A stretch of DNA of 64,000 nt from an uncultured bacterium. GTDB lineage: Bacteria > Chloroflexota > UBA5177 > JANWHV01. How positions within the stretch are numbered: the stretch's first letter is position 1; every line of letters starts with the position of its first letter. Below are positions 30,280 through 38,752 of this stretch, piece by piece. The notes under the pieces are model-generated. The model made no database searches. It saw only the letters and a list, made by a program, of their open reading frames with translations, and had not been told where the DNA came from. The stretch is taken from contig CAVSOU010000009.1 in the NCBI GenBank assembly GCA_963729625.1, positions 32,001-96,000 on the forward strand. The letters run 5' to 3'. The position numbers and the translations under genes were made by a program.

Positions 30280-31409
30280 GGATGAGGCAGTGCTGAGCCT
30301 GCGTTTTGCATGCTGTGCAGCCATCCTGCCACGACGTAGGACCCCAGCGTGCTATCGCGAATCCCGAGGGTGCCATCCGCGTACATTGTGAGGCTCGCCG
30401 TGCCAGTCTCCGACCAGTTTTCTTCGACAATGTCCAAGCGCCTGGCGCGCCGGTCAACCCCGGCAACCAAAGCGACGTGACCGAATGAACCGCCATAGAA
30501 GACGATGGCGTCGCCGGTTCTCGGACCAACCGAGCCTCCGTTTGGTGTGAACACGATGCCGCGCGGATGGTGCAAGCGCATATCGACGGCAGCTCCAACG
30601 CCCTGCCAGATGGTGGCGTACCCCCAACGTATGGAAAAATAGCGCTGTACGAGCTCGACACACTGGTATGAGATTCCGTACGTGCTGCCACAGCCGTTGT
30701 TGATGTCACCGGCGTTCGAATATACCGGGACGCCATCGAGCTTCGTCAGCACGCGTCCCCAGCCGGCGCCCCAGGCAGGGCAATGGCAACAGCCCTCCGC
30801 CGCGGGATGGGGCGATGGTGTGGGCGTGGCCGACATGGGACCCTTGGGCGGCGCGGCGGGCACGTGCATGCTCGAGGCGATCTGCAGCGGCAGGCTGGTC
30901 TGTCCGGAACCCGACGGCACTATCGCGTTAAAGCGGTACGCGAGACCCTTATGTTGCATGTACAGCACTTCTTCCGCGAACCCGGCGGCCTTAGGCGCTC
31001 CTGAAAGCATTGTGGCGCGGCCGAGCGGCAGCACGACATCCTCTCGAGTCGCGTGAGAGAGGAATGTTGCGTCCTGCGCGATCAAGTCACCTAAGGTTGG
31101 TCCGTGAGGGTTGAGCGGAATAACGACAACGTCCACGATGCCTCCGGCAGGCGACCATAACGACAGCTGACCATAGGTTGCAAGCGTGTCGGGCCAGCTG
31201 CGCGCGGTCCAGCCTGGAGGATAGGAAATGCTGTAGCTGGGCACGGGCCGACGGACCACGCCGCCGGTGCTCGAGCGAGTGGCGCCCGTGTAGCGCGATG
31301 TTGGCCAGTCAGCCGTACCGGCGGTGCCGAATGCAGGTGGCGGCCAGACGGCCCCGAGAAGCGCGCATGCGAGCCAAGCAGCCAACGTGGCACGGAAAAG
31401 TACACGCAT
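30276..31409 (-). CDS. Secreted CHAP-domain amidase/peptidase
   Basis: Signal peptide; YQCVELVQRY (Cys), GHVALV (His), EENW. Confidence 0.85.
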   Translation of the reverse strand: MRVLFRATLAAWLACALLGAVWPPPAFGTAGTADWPTSRYTGATRSSTGGVVRRPVPSYSISYPPGWTARSWPDTLATYGQLSLWSPAGGIVDVVVIPLNPHGPTLGDLIAQDATFLSHATREDVVLPLGRATMLSGAPKAAGFAEEVLYMQHKGLAYRFNAIVPSGSGQTSLPLQIASSMHVPAAPPKGPMSATPTPSPHPAAEGCCHCPAWGAGWGRVLTKLDGVPVYSNAGDINNGCGSTYGISYQCVELVQRYFSIRWGYATIWQGVGAAVDMRLHHPRGIVFTPNGGSVGPRTGDAIVFYGGSFGHVALVAGVDRRARRLDIVEENWSETGTASLTMYADGTLGIRDSTLGSYVVAGWLHSMQNAGSALPHP

Positions 31410-31478
31410 ATGGTGCCTATGTTTCCTCGGTGGTCGTACTTGGCGCGTCGCCCAAGACCCTGCCCTGGCGAGCGGAGG

Positions 31479-31847
31479 TCACGCGGCGATCGATGCCAAT
31501 CGTTGAATAAGTCGAGGGATGTTCTTGTCTTTGAGCAACACCGCCCGGGCGCCTGCGCGCAGGAACGAATCTGCTTCGTCGTCGTCCAGCCAGGACGTCC
31601 ACACGACTACCGGGCAACCGGCCGCCAGGAGTGGTGCGAGGTCGTCGCACAGCCGGTGGCCGCTCGTCTTAGGCTCGTAGAGAACCACGTCCGGACGGAG
31701 CGCGCGCACTAGTGGCACGGCGCTGGCCACGTCCGAGACGGCAGCGAGAATGATCGCTTCGGGAAGGCGGCGCAACCTCTCGGCCAGCGCAAGGCGTACC
31801 TGCGCGTGATCGTCGACGATCAAGAGGTGTACGGGCATCGCCATCAT
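31479..31847 (-). CDS. Stand-alone receiver domain, atypical (Glu at the phosphoacceptor site)
   Basis: LLIVDDH, PDVVLYE, VVVWT, AGA..VLLK. Confidence 0.8.
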   Translation of the reverse strand: MMAMPVHLLIVDDHAQVRLALAERLRRLPEAIILAAVSDVASAVPLVRALRPDVVLYEPKTSGHRLCDDLAPLLAAGCPVVVWTSWLDDDEADSFLRAGARAVLLKDKNIPRLIQRLASIAA

Positions 31848-32027
31848 GATCTCGCCTCAATTCCCCCCGGCCAGCACACACGATCGTGACGATCAACCTG
31901 GCCCTTTGTAGACGATTCTACGCACCGCTCACGCCGGGGGCCACAGCCGATTGATGGCCTCGCCGTGGGCCGACCGGCACTGAAATGGGAAGCGACCGGC
32001 AGGGCCGCTCGGCACTATCGGAATGCC

Positions 32028-33557
32028 TCACGCTGTGGGCGTCACCACGATGATCGGGTTGCCGCCGATGACATAGTCTGCGGGATCGGCGCTATCCGTA
32101 TTCCCTGTCGCGCGCGCCAGGTGGACGTGGGCGGTTCCGGCGCTGGAAAACAGCCTGAGGCGTTGCCCGAACTTGTCGTACGCCATCGAGGTCGTCGACA
32201 CGGGCACGGTCGCAACAGCCGGTCGGGGCCGTTGATCCCACAGGATCTGCACCGTCGCTCCCGGGCGTCTCAGGGTGACGATGTATACGCCGTCAAGCGG
32301 GCTAAAGGACACCGTGCCACCCGTTGCGCCGGCAAACAGGGTCGCCACCGTGCGGTAGGCGTAGAATTCGGGCCGCGCGGAGCCATCGTTACGCACGAGG
32401 CCGAACGGCTCCCCTCCGGCCGCGAAATCGGCGCCGTCGATCATGCGGTTGATCTCGACGCGTTGCACGCCTTCGGCGATGTCCAGGGCCAGCGCCTGGA
32501 CGACAAACGACGCCTGGTCGTCGAGACTCGCGCGAAATCCGCCCCGCGAGTACATACGAACGGTGTCGTCGTAGGGAATCGCATTCGTCTCCGATATCCA
32601 GATTGGCTTTTCGACACCTGCCGCACGCATAGTCGAACGATACCATTTCACGATCGCGATCACGTCGGTAGGGCGGCTGTACAAATGGAGGTTTGTTATA
32701 TCGAAGTAGTCGTTGCTCGCGCGCGCACTGCGATCGAGCGAAAGACGATGCAGCAGATCCGCGAAGAACGCCCCATGGTCGTACCAATATGGATCCCCCG
32801 CCAGGATGATGCGCGCGCGAGGATTCGCAGCCTTCGCCGCGAGGTAGGCTACCTTCAGAAGCTGCGCGTAGTCGGCGGTGGTCCCTCCCCACGTGTGCCA
32901 ATGGCCGCTCGGTATATTGACCTCGTTCCAGATAATCCAGTCGTCAATCCGACCCGCGTACCGCCGAGCGATGAGTCCCACAAAGTGGCCCCAGTAGTTC
33001 CCGGGGTTATCGAACGGCAAGTAGAGTCCTTTTGGAGGCGACGCACCATGCAGCGACGGCTGCGCCGCCGCCCAGTCTGGAGTGTTGATAAGCAACCCCA
33101 CTATGTGCCGATGCATGCTCAGCTCTTGATTGATGGTGCGATCGTGGTCCGTGGCAAATGGATCCCAGGACTCCGGACCAGTCTTTTGGAGCTCCTTCCA
33201 CCAAAAGGGCATGCGCTCCCAGCCGATCGGTAGCATCGCCGCTTGCCGCGGCGCTTCATACGGCTGCACAATGCCGAAGCGCGAATCTACGGTGGGCGAA
33301 CGCGGAGCGGTCAACAGTGCGCCGGGCGGAGCAATGGGGTCGGTCGCCGTCCCGGTCGACCAGTAACACAGCAGCGCCAACGCCACGACCGAAGCGGCCA
33401 ACAATAGAAGCAGCCGGGAGAGCGCCCACCGTCGCCACCGAGCAGCCCGACCGCGCTGAGGCTTCCCCCGCCCGCCTGCTTGCCGTTGCGACACAGTGAC
33501 GCCACTGGATTGAAGTAGCCGCTCGACCTTCTTCACCGCGTCGTGCTTGTCGTCCAT
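32028..33557 (-). CDS. Membrane-anchored glycoside hydrolase, clan GH-A (GH39/GH5-like)
   Basis: TM helix; WIIWNEVN acid/base and IWISET nucleophile; HLY. Confidence 0.8.
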   Translation of the reverse strand: MDDKHDAVKKVERLLQSSGVTVSQRQAGGRGKPQRGRAARWRRWALSRLLLLLAASVVALALLCYWSTGTATDPIAPPGALLTAPRSPTVDSRFGIVQPYEAPRQAAMLPIGWERMPFWWKELQKTGPESWDPFATDHDRTINQELSMHRHIVGLLINTPDWAAAQPSLHGASPPKGLYLPFDNPGNYWGHFVGLIARRYAGRIDDWIIWNEVNIPSGHWHTWGGTTADYAQLLKVAYLAAKAANPRARIILAGDPYWYDHGAFFADLLHRLSLDRSARASNDYFDITNLHLYSRPTDVIAIVKWYRSTMRAAGVEKPIWISETNAIPYDDTVRMYSRGGFRASLDDQASFVVQALALDIAEGVQRVEINRMIDGADFAAGGEPFGLVRNDGSARPEFYAYRTVATLFAGATGGTVSFSPLDGVYIVTLRRPGATVQILWDQRPRPAVATVPVSTTSMAYDKFGQRLRLFSSAGTAHVHLARATGNTDSADPADYVIGGNPIIVVTPTA

Positions 33558-33742
33558 GGCCGTATCTCACGTCCCTTCAAGTTCAGTATCTGGATAGTCG
33601 TGTCAAGGGGGAAGCTCCGGCGCTGCGGCTTGAGAGAGCGCTCAAGCGGCCAGACCCGGGGAGGTCACGATAGGGGCGCCGCGAGAGAAGCTCAAGGAAC
33701 CGCTACTGGTCGCGCATCGAGCCGAAGGCGAAACACTGCTAA

Positions 33743-33895
33743 AGTGGTGCCACGCCGGAGTCCGCCGGGTGGTCACGTCTTGTCGACGGAGTGGATGGCC
33801 GGCGCGTCCACGGGGGACGAGGACAGCACCCGCCTCGGCGGGTCCCCGGCCCCCGGAATCGTGCGGTTCGACACAGATCCCGTCGTGGCCCCACT
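33743..33895. ncRNA. Candidate structured non-coding RNA, copy B (family unidentified)
   Basis: Intergenic; homologous to 29358-29492, with an extra inserted hairpin. Confidence 0.6.
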
Positions 33896-33963
33896 ATAGG
33901 CTCTTCGCTTTGCCTGCTACTGGCGGAGCGTCAACGTCACGCGATGGTACCCGAGCGCCCTGG

Positions 33964-35112
33964 CTAGGCGACCCGTTCTCCCGCAGGACGGTTACTCGCC
34001 GGCACGCTTCCAGACGGCCACCAGCCAGCCCCCGAGCGCCGCGACTTCATCGATTGAGCCTGCTTCAAGGCGGCAAGTGCGAGGACAATGAGCACCTTCG
34101 CTACAGGGTCGCTGGCGCGGATCAGGATTGCCATCGCGGCAGCGGTCGGCAGCGAGACGTGCGCTACGGCGACGAGGAGCGCGGCAATCGCTCCGTCACG
34201 TGCTCCAAGCCCACTGGGCAGGAAGAATGTGACACTGCCTGCCATGCATGCCATCGATTGTATGCCGACTGCAGTGGGCAGAGACACGACCGCGTGCGAC
34301 GAGGCGTTAACCAATAGCCACAGCGGGCAGGCGCCGACGACCCATGCAACCGCCGAGCACGGAATGAGCATCAGCAGTCCTCGCAGGGATATACAGAGCG
34401 GCGTGCTGGATGAGCCAGACACCACGCGCATCAAGCGCGAACGCCTTGCCATGCGTGGCGTGAGTGCGAGCAGCACGAGCATGCCCAGTGATCCAAAGCC
34501 GCAGGCGGCTGTCACGAGTGCGGCGATAAGCATTCCCTGGGCGCCAAGACCCGGCAGGGCCCGAATCGCGGCGGGCGAGTGCAGAAGTGCGATGCCCCAC
34601 GGCGCCCACAGGACCGAGCCGCAAAAGCCGATCAGGCTGGCGAGAGCCAGCAGCAGAGCAGCTCGACCGGCGCAGATATCGTGGCGCCGCAGAAGCACGA
34701 CGCTCTCCGCCAGCGCGCCCGCGCCCGATCCTACGTACGATGCAAGGCCCGTGCCGGCGAACACGGCCAAGCCGACCCCGGTTGAAGCCTGAGAACCCAT
34801 GAAACGCAGGACCCACGCCCATATGGCGCCATTCGCGAGCATCGAGATCAGGGTCAATCCGAGAGCCAGCGCGAGTGTTTCCAGGCCGACATGCAGGGCG
34901 GCAGAGACAATAGCGCCGGCGGTACCACTACGGATGATGACGGTAAGCAGCCCTGCCAGAACAATCGCGCAGCCGGCATGAACTGCTCGCCGCAACTTCA
35001 CGATGCGCTGTTCCTTTCCGATGCTCGACATCCAGGCATTCCACGGATCTGGTCGAGCCGGGAACGACACGCGGGGTCTCCGCCGCACTTCTGCTATTGG
35101 AACAGAATCCAC
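33964..35112 (-). CDS. Flippase-like / lysylphosphatidylglycerol synthase TM-domain (UPF0104) membrane protein; start uncertain
   Basis: About 8 TM helices; FLPSGLGARDG motif; late ILIR. Confidence 0.7.
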   Translation of the reverse strand: MDSVPIAEVRRRPRVSFPARPDPWNAWMSSIGKEQRIVKLRRAVHAGCAIVLAGLLTVIIRSGTAGAIVSAALHVGLETLALALGLTLISMLANGAIWAWVLRFMGSQASTGVGLAVFAGTGLASYVGSGAGALAESVVLLRRHDICAGRAALLLALASLIGFCGSVLWAPWGIALLHSPAAIRALPGLGAQGMLIAALVTAACGFGSLGMLVLLALTPRMARRSRLMRVVSGSSSTPLCISLRGLLMLIPCSAVAWVVGACPLWLLVNASSHAVVSLPTAVGIQSMACMAGSVTFFLPSGLGARDGAIAALLVAVAHVSLPTAAAMAILIRASDPVAKVLIVLALAALKQAQSMKSRRSGAGWWPSGSVPASNRPAGERVA

Positions 35113-35383
35113 CGCGGCATGCTATAGCCCAGAAAGGCGCGCTCACCTGAGAAGCATTGAGCTCACGATCGCTCACGTTGGGCCAACGCACGTGTTCCCG
35201 TGACGCATTGTACCGTAGAGTCGTCCCGAGCGTATCTCCTATGCGTCCTGATGAGGGCCTTTGAGCAGGTGGATTGGCAATTTGAGGTTCATTATCAAGA
35301 GCGCCCCTTGGCCGCGCGCATTTGACGCTGGTCGTCGTTCACAGGCACACTCCCACCGGATGCAGCAGTACGGAGGTATGACC

Positions 35384-37561
35384 ATGGCCACGGACGGCCT
35401 CGCGGAGCGTATCGCGGGCGAGCTTTCACTCCCAGCCCTGGGCGTAGCGCGAACGATCGCGCTTCTGGACGACGCAAATACACTTCCATTCATAGCCCGC
35501 TATCGAAAAGAGATGACGGGCGGTCTCGACGAAGTTCAGCTCGAAGCCATTGAGCACCGCGTCAATACTCTTCGCGCCCTCGAGGCCCGTCGTGATGAGG
35601 TGCTGCGCCTGATTGGCGAGCAGGGCATGATGACAACCGACCTCGAAAATGCGATCGACGCTGCTCAGACGTTGCAGGCGCTCGAGGACCTCTACCTGCC
35701 CTATCGGCCCAAGCGGCGCACTCGCGCCATGATTGCGCGTGAGCGCGGCCTCGATCCGCTCGCCGACCTGGTATTGAGCCAGGTCGTCGGCGATCGCTCC
35801 GCGTTGGCGAGCACCTTCATCGATGCTGCGATGGATGTGCCGACCATCGATGACGCACTGGCCGGTGCGCGGGACATCATTGCCGAGGTAATTGCGGAAG
35901 ATGCCGAAGTTAGGGGCGATGTTCGCGCGCTCTTCGCGACGGCAGGCGAAATAGGGGCCACACTTGTCGATCAGTCCAAGGACCCCGACCGCACCTATCA
36001 GCAGTACTACGAGTTCCGGGGCTCCCTGGCGGGCTTACCTCCCCATCGCGTTCTCGCTCTCAACCGCGGGGAGCGGGACGGCGTGCTTAAAGTGAAAGTG
36101 TCGGCGCCTGAGGACATGGCGCTGGCGATCCTGTTGCGCTACTACGTCGCGGACGACCGCTCATCGCTTGCCGACGACCTGCGCCGCGCGGCGGCAGACG
36201 GGTTCCAGCGCCTGCTTGGACCGTCCTTGGAACGCGAGATGCGATCGGAGGCAACGGCCAAGGCGGAGTCTCATGCCACGGCCGTGTTTGCGCGGAACCT
36301 TCGACCATTGCTGCTACAACGGCCGTTACGCGGCCGGACGGTGATTGGCGTCGATCCCGGCTATCGTACGGGCTGCAAAGTCGCGGTAGTCGACGAGACC
36401 GGCAAGCCGCTGGAAACCACTGTAATCTATCCGCACCCGCCTCAGCAAAAACGGACTGAGGCGAAGAACGTACTGAGGGAGCTGGCACGGAAGCACGGTG
36501 CTACTGTGTTTGCCGTGGGCACGGGCACGGCAAGCCGGGAGACTGAGGAGATGGTCGCGGAGATCGTCGCGGGCATGCAGGGTGAGATGAGCTACGCGAT
36601 GGTGGACGAGGCCGGCGCATCGGTGTACTCAGTGTCCGAGGTTGCGCGGGAGGAGTTTCCTGACCTGGAGGCTACTGACCGGGGGGCGATATCGATTGCC
36701 CGCCGGGTGCAGGATCCCCTGGCCGAACTGGTCAAAGTCGATCCGCGCGCCGTAGGTGTGGGTTTGTATCAGCACGACGTCGAACAAAAGGCCCTAGCCA
36801 GCGCCCTCGATCGCGTCGTGGAGAGTGCAGTGAACTACGCGGGTGTGGACATCAATACCGCCTCGGCAACCTTGCTGTATCGCGTTGCCGGGCTCAACCG
36901 CAAGGTTGCGTCAGCGATCGTGCGGTATCGTGAGACCCATGGCAAGTTCAAGGGCAAAGCCGAGCTCAGCAGGGTGCCTGGGGTTGGCCCCCGCACGTTT
37001 GAGCAGGCAGCGGGCTTCTTGCAGGTGCCTGACGGAGCCGATATCCTGGACAGGACGTTCATTCACCCTGAGAGCTACGCAGCCTGCCGCCGTCTGATGG
37101 AGGAGTTTCCCGCAGCGCAGCCAGGTGAGAACCTGCCCTCACGCGCGTCTCGATTTGCTACCCACCTGGCGGCCCGCCCGCAGGAAAAGCGTGCCCTGGG
37201 CGAGAAGTTGGGAATCGGCGAGCCGACGCTCATCGACTTGCTCAATAACCTGTCCAAGCAGGGAATCGATCCGCGCGCCTCCCTTCCGGCCCCACTTCTG
37301 CGCACCAGCGCCCTTTCGATCGACGCTTTGCAGCCTGGCACGATCTTGCAGGGCACGATACGGAACGTGGTGGATTTCGGCGCTTTCGTCGACATCGGCC
37401 TCAAGCAAGCCGGCCTCGTTCATGTCTCGGAGCTCGCCGATCGCTTCGTGTCGTCTCCATTCGATGTGGTGATGGTTGGGCAAATCGTAACTGTGCGCGT
37501 GCTATCTGTAGACGCCGCCAGAGGCAGAATTGCACTCTCGATGCGGGGAGCCAATGCGTGA
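35384..37561 (+). CDS. tex: Tex-family RNA-binding transcriptional accessory protein
   Basis: PFIARYRKEMTGGLDE, DLYLPY, GVDPGYRTGCK, IARRVQDPLAELVK, C-terminal S1 domain. Confidence 0.95.
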   Translation: MATDGLAERIAGELSLPALGVARTIALLDDANTLPFIARYRKEMTGGLDEVQLEAIEHRVNTLRALEARRDEVLRLIGEQGMMTTDLENAIDAAQTLQALEDLYLPYRPKRRTRAMIARERGLDPLADLVLSQVVGDRSALASTFIDAAMDVPTIDDALAGARDIIAEVIAEDAEVRGDVRALFATAGEIGATLVDQSKDPDRTYQQYYEFRGSLAGLPPHRVLALNRGERDGVLKVKVSAPEDMALAILLRYYVADDRSSLADDLRRAAADGFQRLLGPSLEREMRSEATAKAESHATAVFARNLRPLLLQRPLRGRTVIGVDPGYRTGCKVAVVDETGKPLETTVIYPHPPQQKRTEAKNVLRELARKHGATVFAVGTGTASRETEEMVAEIVAGMQGEMSYAMVDEAGASVYSVSEVAREEFPDLEATDRGAISIARRVQDPLAELVKVDPRAVGVGLYQHDVEQKALASALDRVVESAVNYAGVDINTASATLLYRVAGLNRKVASAIVRYRETHGKFKGKAELSRVPGVGPRTFEQAAGFLQVPDGADILDRTFIHPESYAACRRLMEEFPAAQPGENLPSRASRFATHLAARPQEKRALGEKLGIGEPTLIDLLNNLSKQGIDPRASLPAPLLRTSALSIDALQPGTILQGTIRNVVDFGAFVDIGLKQAGLVHVSELADRFVSSPFDVVMVGQIVTVRVLSVDAARGRIALSMRGANA

Positions 37562-37684
37562 GTGCCGCGGCGCGCCAGGTTTCTCATAAACGACATACCA
37601 CTGGGAGAGCGGCGCGACGACGCGTGGTACCGGGCACTCGGAAATGAGCTCGGGGTGGCGGGCCAGCGCCAGTCAGTGGGCCTT

Positions 37685-37926
37685 GAGGCCAACCGCAAGG
37701 GCTCGGCGGAGCACGAGCGGTTCGACTTCCTCGGCAACACGTTCCATCCCCGGCTGTCGAAGAGCAAGTACGGCAAGCGTTTTGTCAACTTCTCTCCGGC
37801 GGTCTCGGACATCGCTCGCAAGGCGATAGGCCAAGAGATACTCTCTTGGCACCTCGTGCGGCGCAGTGACAAGACCCTCACGGACCTTGCACACATGTTC
37901 AACCCGGTTGTGCGGGGGTGGCTCAA
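37685..37926 (+). pseudogene. Group II intron reverse transcriptase/maturase fragment (RT7 to start of domain X)
   Basis: ANRKGSAEHERFDFLGNTFHPR...FSPAVS...NPVVRGWL; truncated at both ends. Confidence 0.85.
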
Positions 37927-38454
37927 ACCAGCCCAGCCGGCTGCAGTAGCCGATGTCCACCTGCCCGGCCAGCCAGCCGGTCCCCCGCCGCTGGCTGTTG
38001 CGGGTGGCCAGCCCTATGGTGTCGAGCACCTGGTAGCGGGCCTGCGGCGCGTCCAGCCAGGCCGCCACCTGCAGGCCCACCGCCACCAGCCCATCGTGCC
38101 AGCGCCGCACCAACCGGTTGAACTGGGGCCGGCTGGGCAGGTGGGGGAAGGCGGCCAGCAGGTGCCGGCGCCCGTAGCGGAAGAACGCCCGCTCGCTGGC
38201 AAACGGCGCCCACTGGCTGGCAATCGCCAGGGTCAGCGTCTGCGTCCGCGTCAGCGCGGGCGCGGGGCCGGGTTGCGGCGGCTCCACCGGCAGCACACAC
38301 CGATCGTCAATCAGCACGTAGACTGTGGTCAGGAAGGTGTCCAGGTCCATCATCGAGGAGCCCCTTTCACTACACAGGAATTGCTTACTCCTCGAGACGG
38401 CCTTCGGACACCTCACCTATCCACATTTCTCCTCTCTATCTCCCACCAAGCGTT
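37922..38454 (-). mobile_element. IS982-like transposase 5' fragment (ATG at 38353) with probable element end
   Basis: MMDLDTFLTTVYVLIDD...SERAFFRY...FPHLPSR.QFNR..R...VLD...GYC..LGWF; truncated before the remaining DDE residues; end placed near CACCAAGCGTT by inference. Confidence 0.75.
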
Positions 38455-38537
38455 GAGGGCCACTGCTAGGCGACACCCACTCCACACCCACTCTGGTGGG
38501 TACCCGGTACCCGGAGTCTCCCCGGCGTGAACGCCGT

Positions 38538-38602
38538 GGTTTCGACGGCCGTCACATCTTCCTGCTGCGACACCGAAGCAGGGGTTTCGACGGCCGTCAC
38601 AT
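38538..38602. repeat. 20-bp direct repeat GGTTTCGACGGCCGTCACAT x2 (45-bp period)
   Basis: Exact copies at 38538-38557 and 38583-38602; internal palindrome GACGGCCGTC. Confidence 0.85.
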
Positions 38603-38752
38603 TTTCTGATGCGCCCTGATCGCGTCGTCGCATCGTCACCAAAGCGAGGCATTCGGTATGCTAGGGGTGGAGTAGCACGTCTCGCCGGCACCCATTGTAC
38701 GTGCTGACGACGCTCACGGCGATAGAGATCGTATCCGCGGATATTGGAGAAC

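Noticed and set aside
29358-33895. Twin elements as integron attC sites, tRNA/tmRNA, 6S RNA, or glmS/HDV ribozymes
   Set aside because: No conserved RYYYAAC/GTTRRRY boxes and no integrase; no T-arm before the 3' stem; shorter than typical 6S RNA and lacking a clear central bubble; ribozyme core motifs are not shared by both copies. An Rfam search is still needed.
37562-38530. 322-aa and 247-aa ORFs as real genes
   Set aside because: They are chimeric read-throughs across the intron/IS junction; half of each is antisense to the other fragment.
38538-38602. CRISPR array
   Set aside because: Only two repeats, similarity runs into the would-be spacer, and no cas genes are present in the window.
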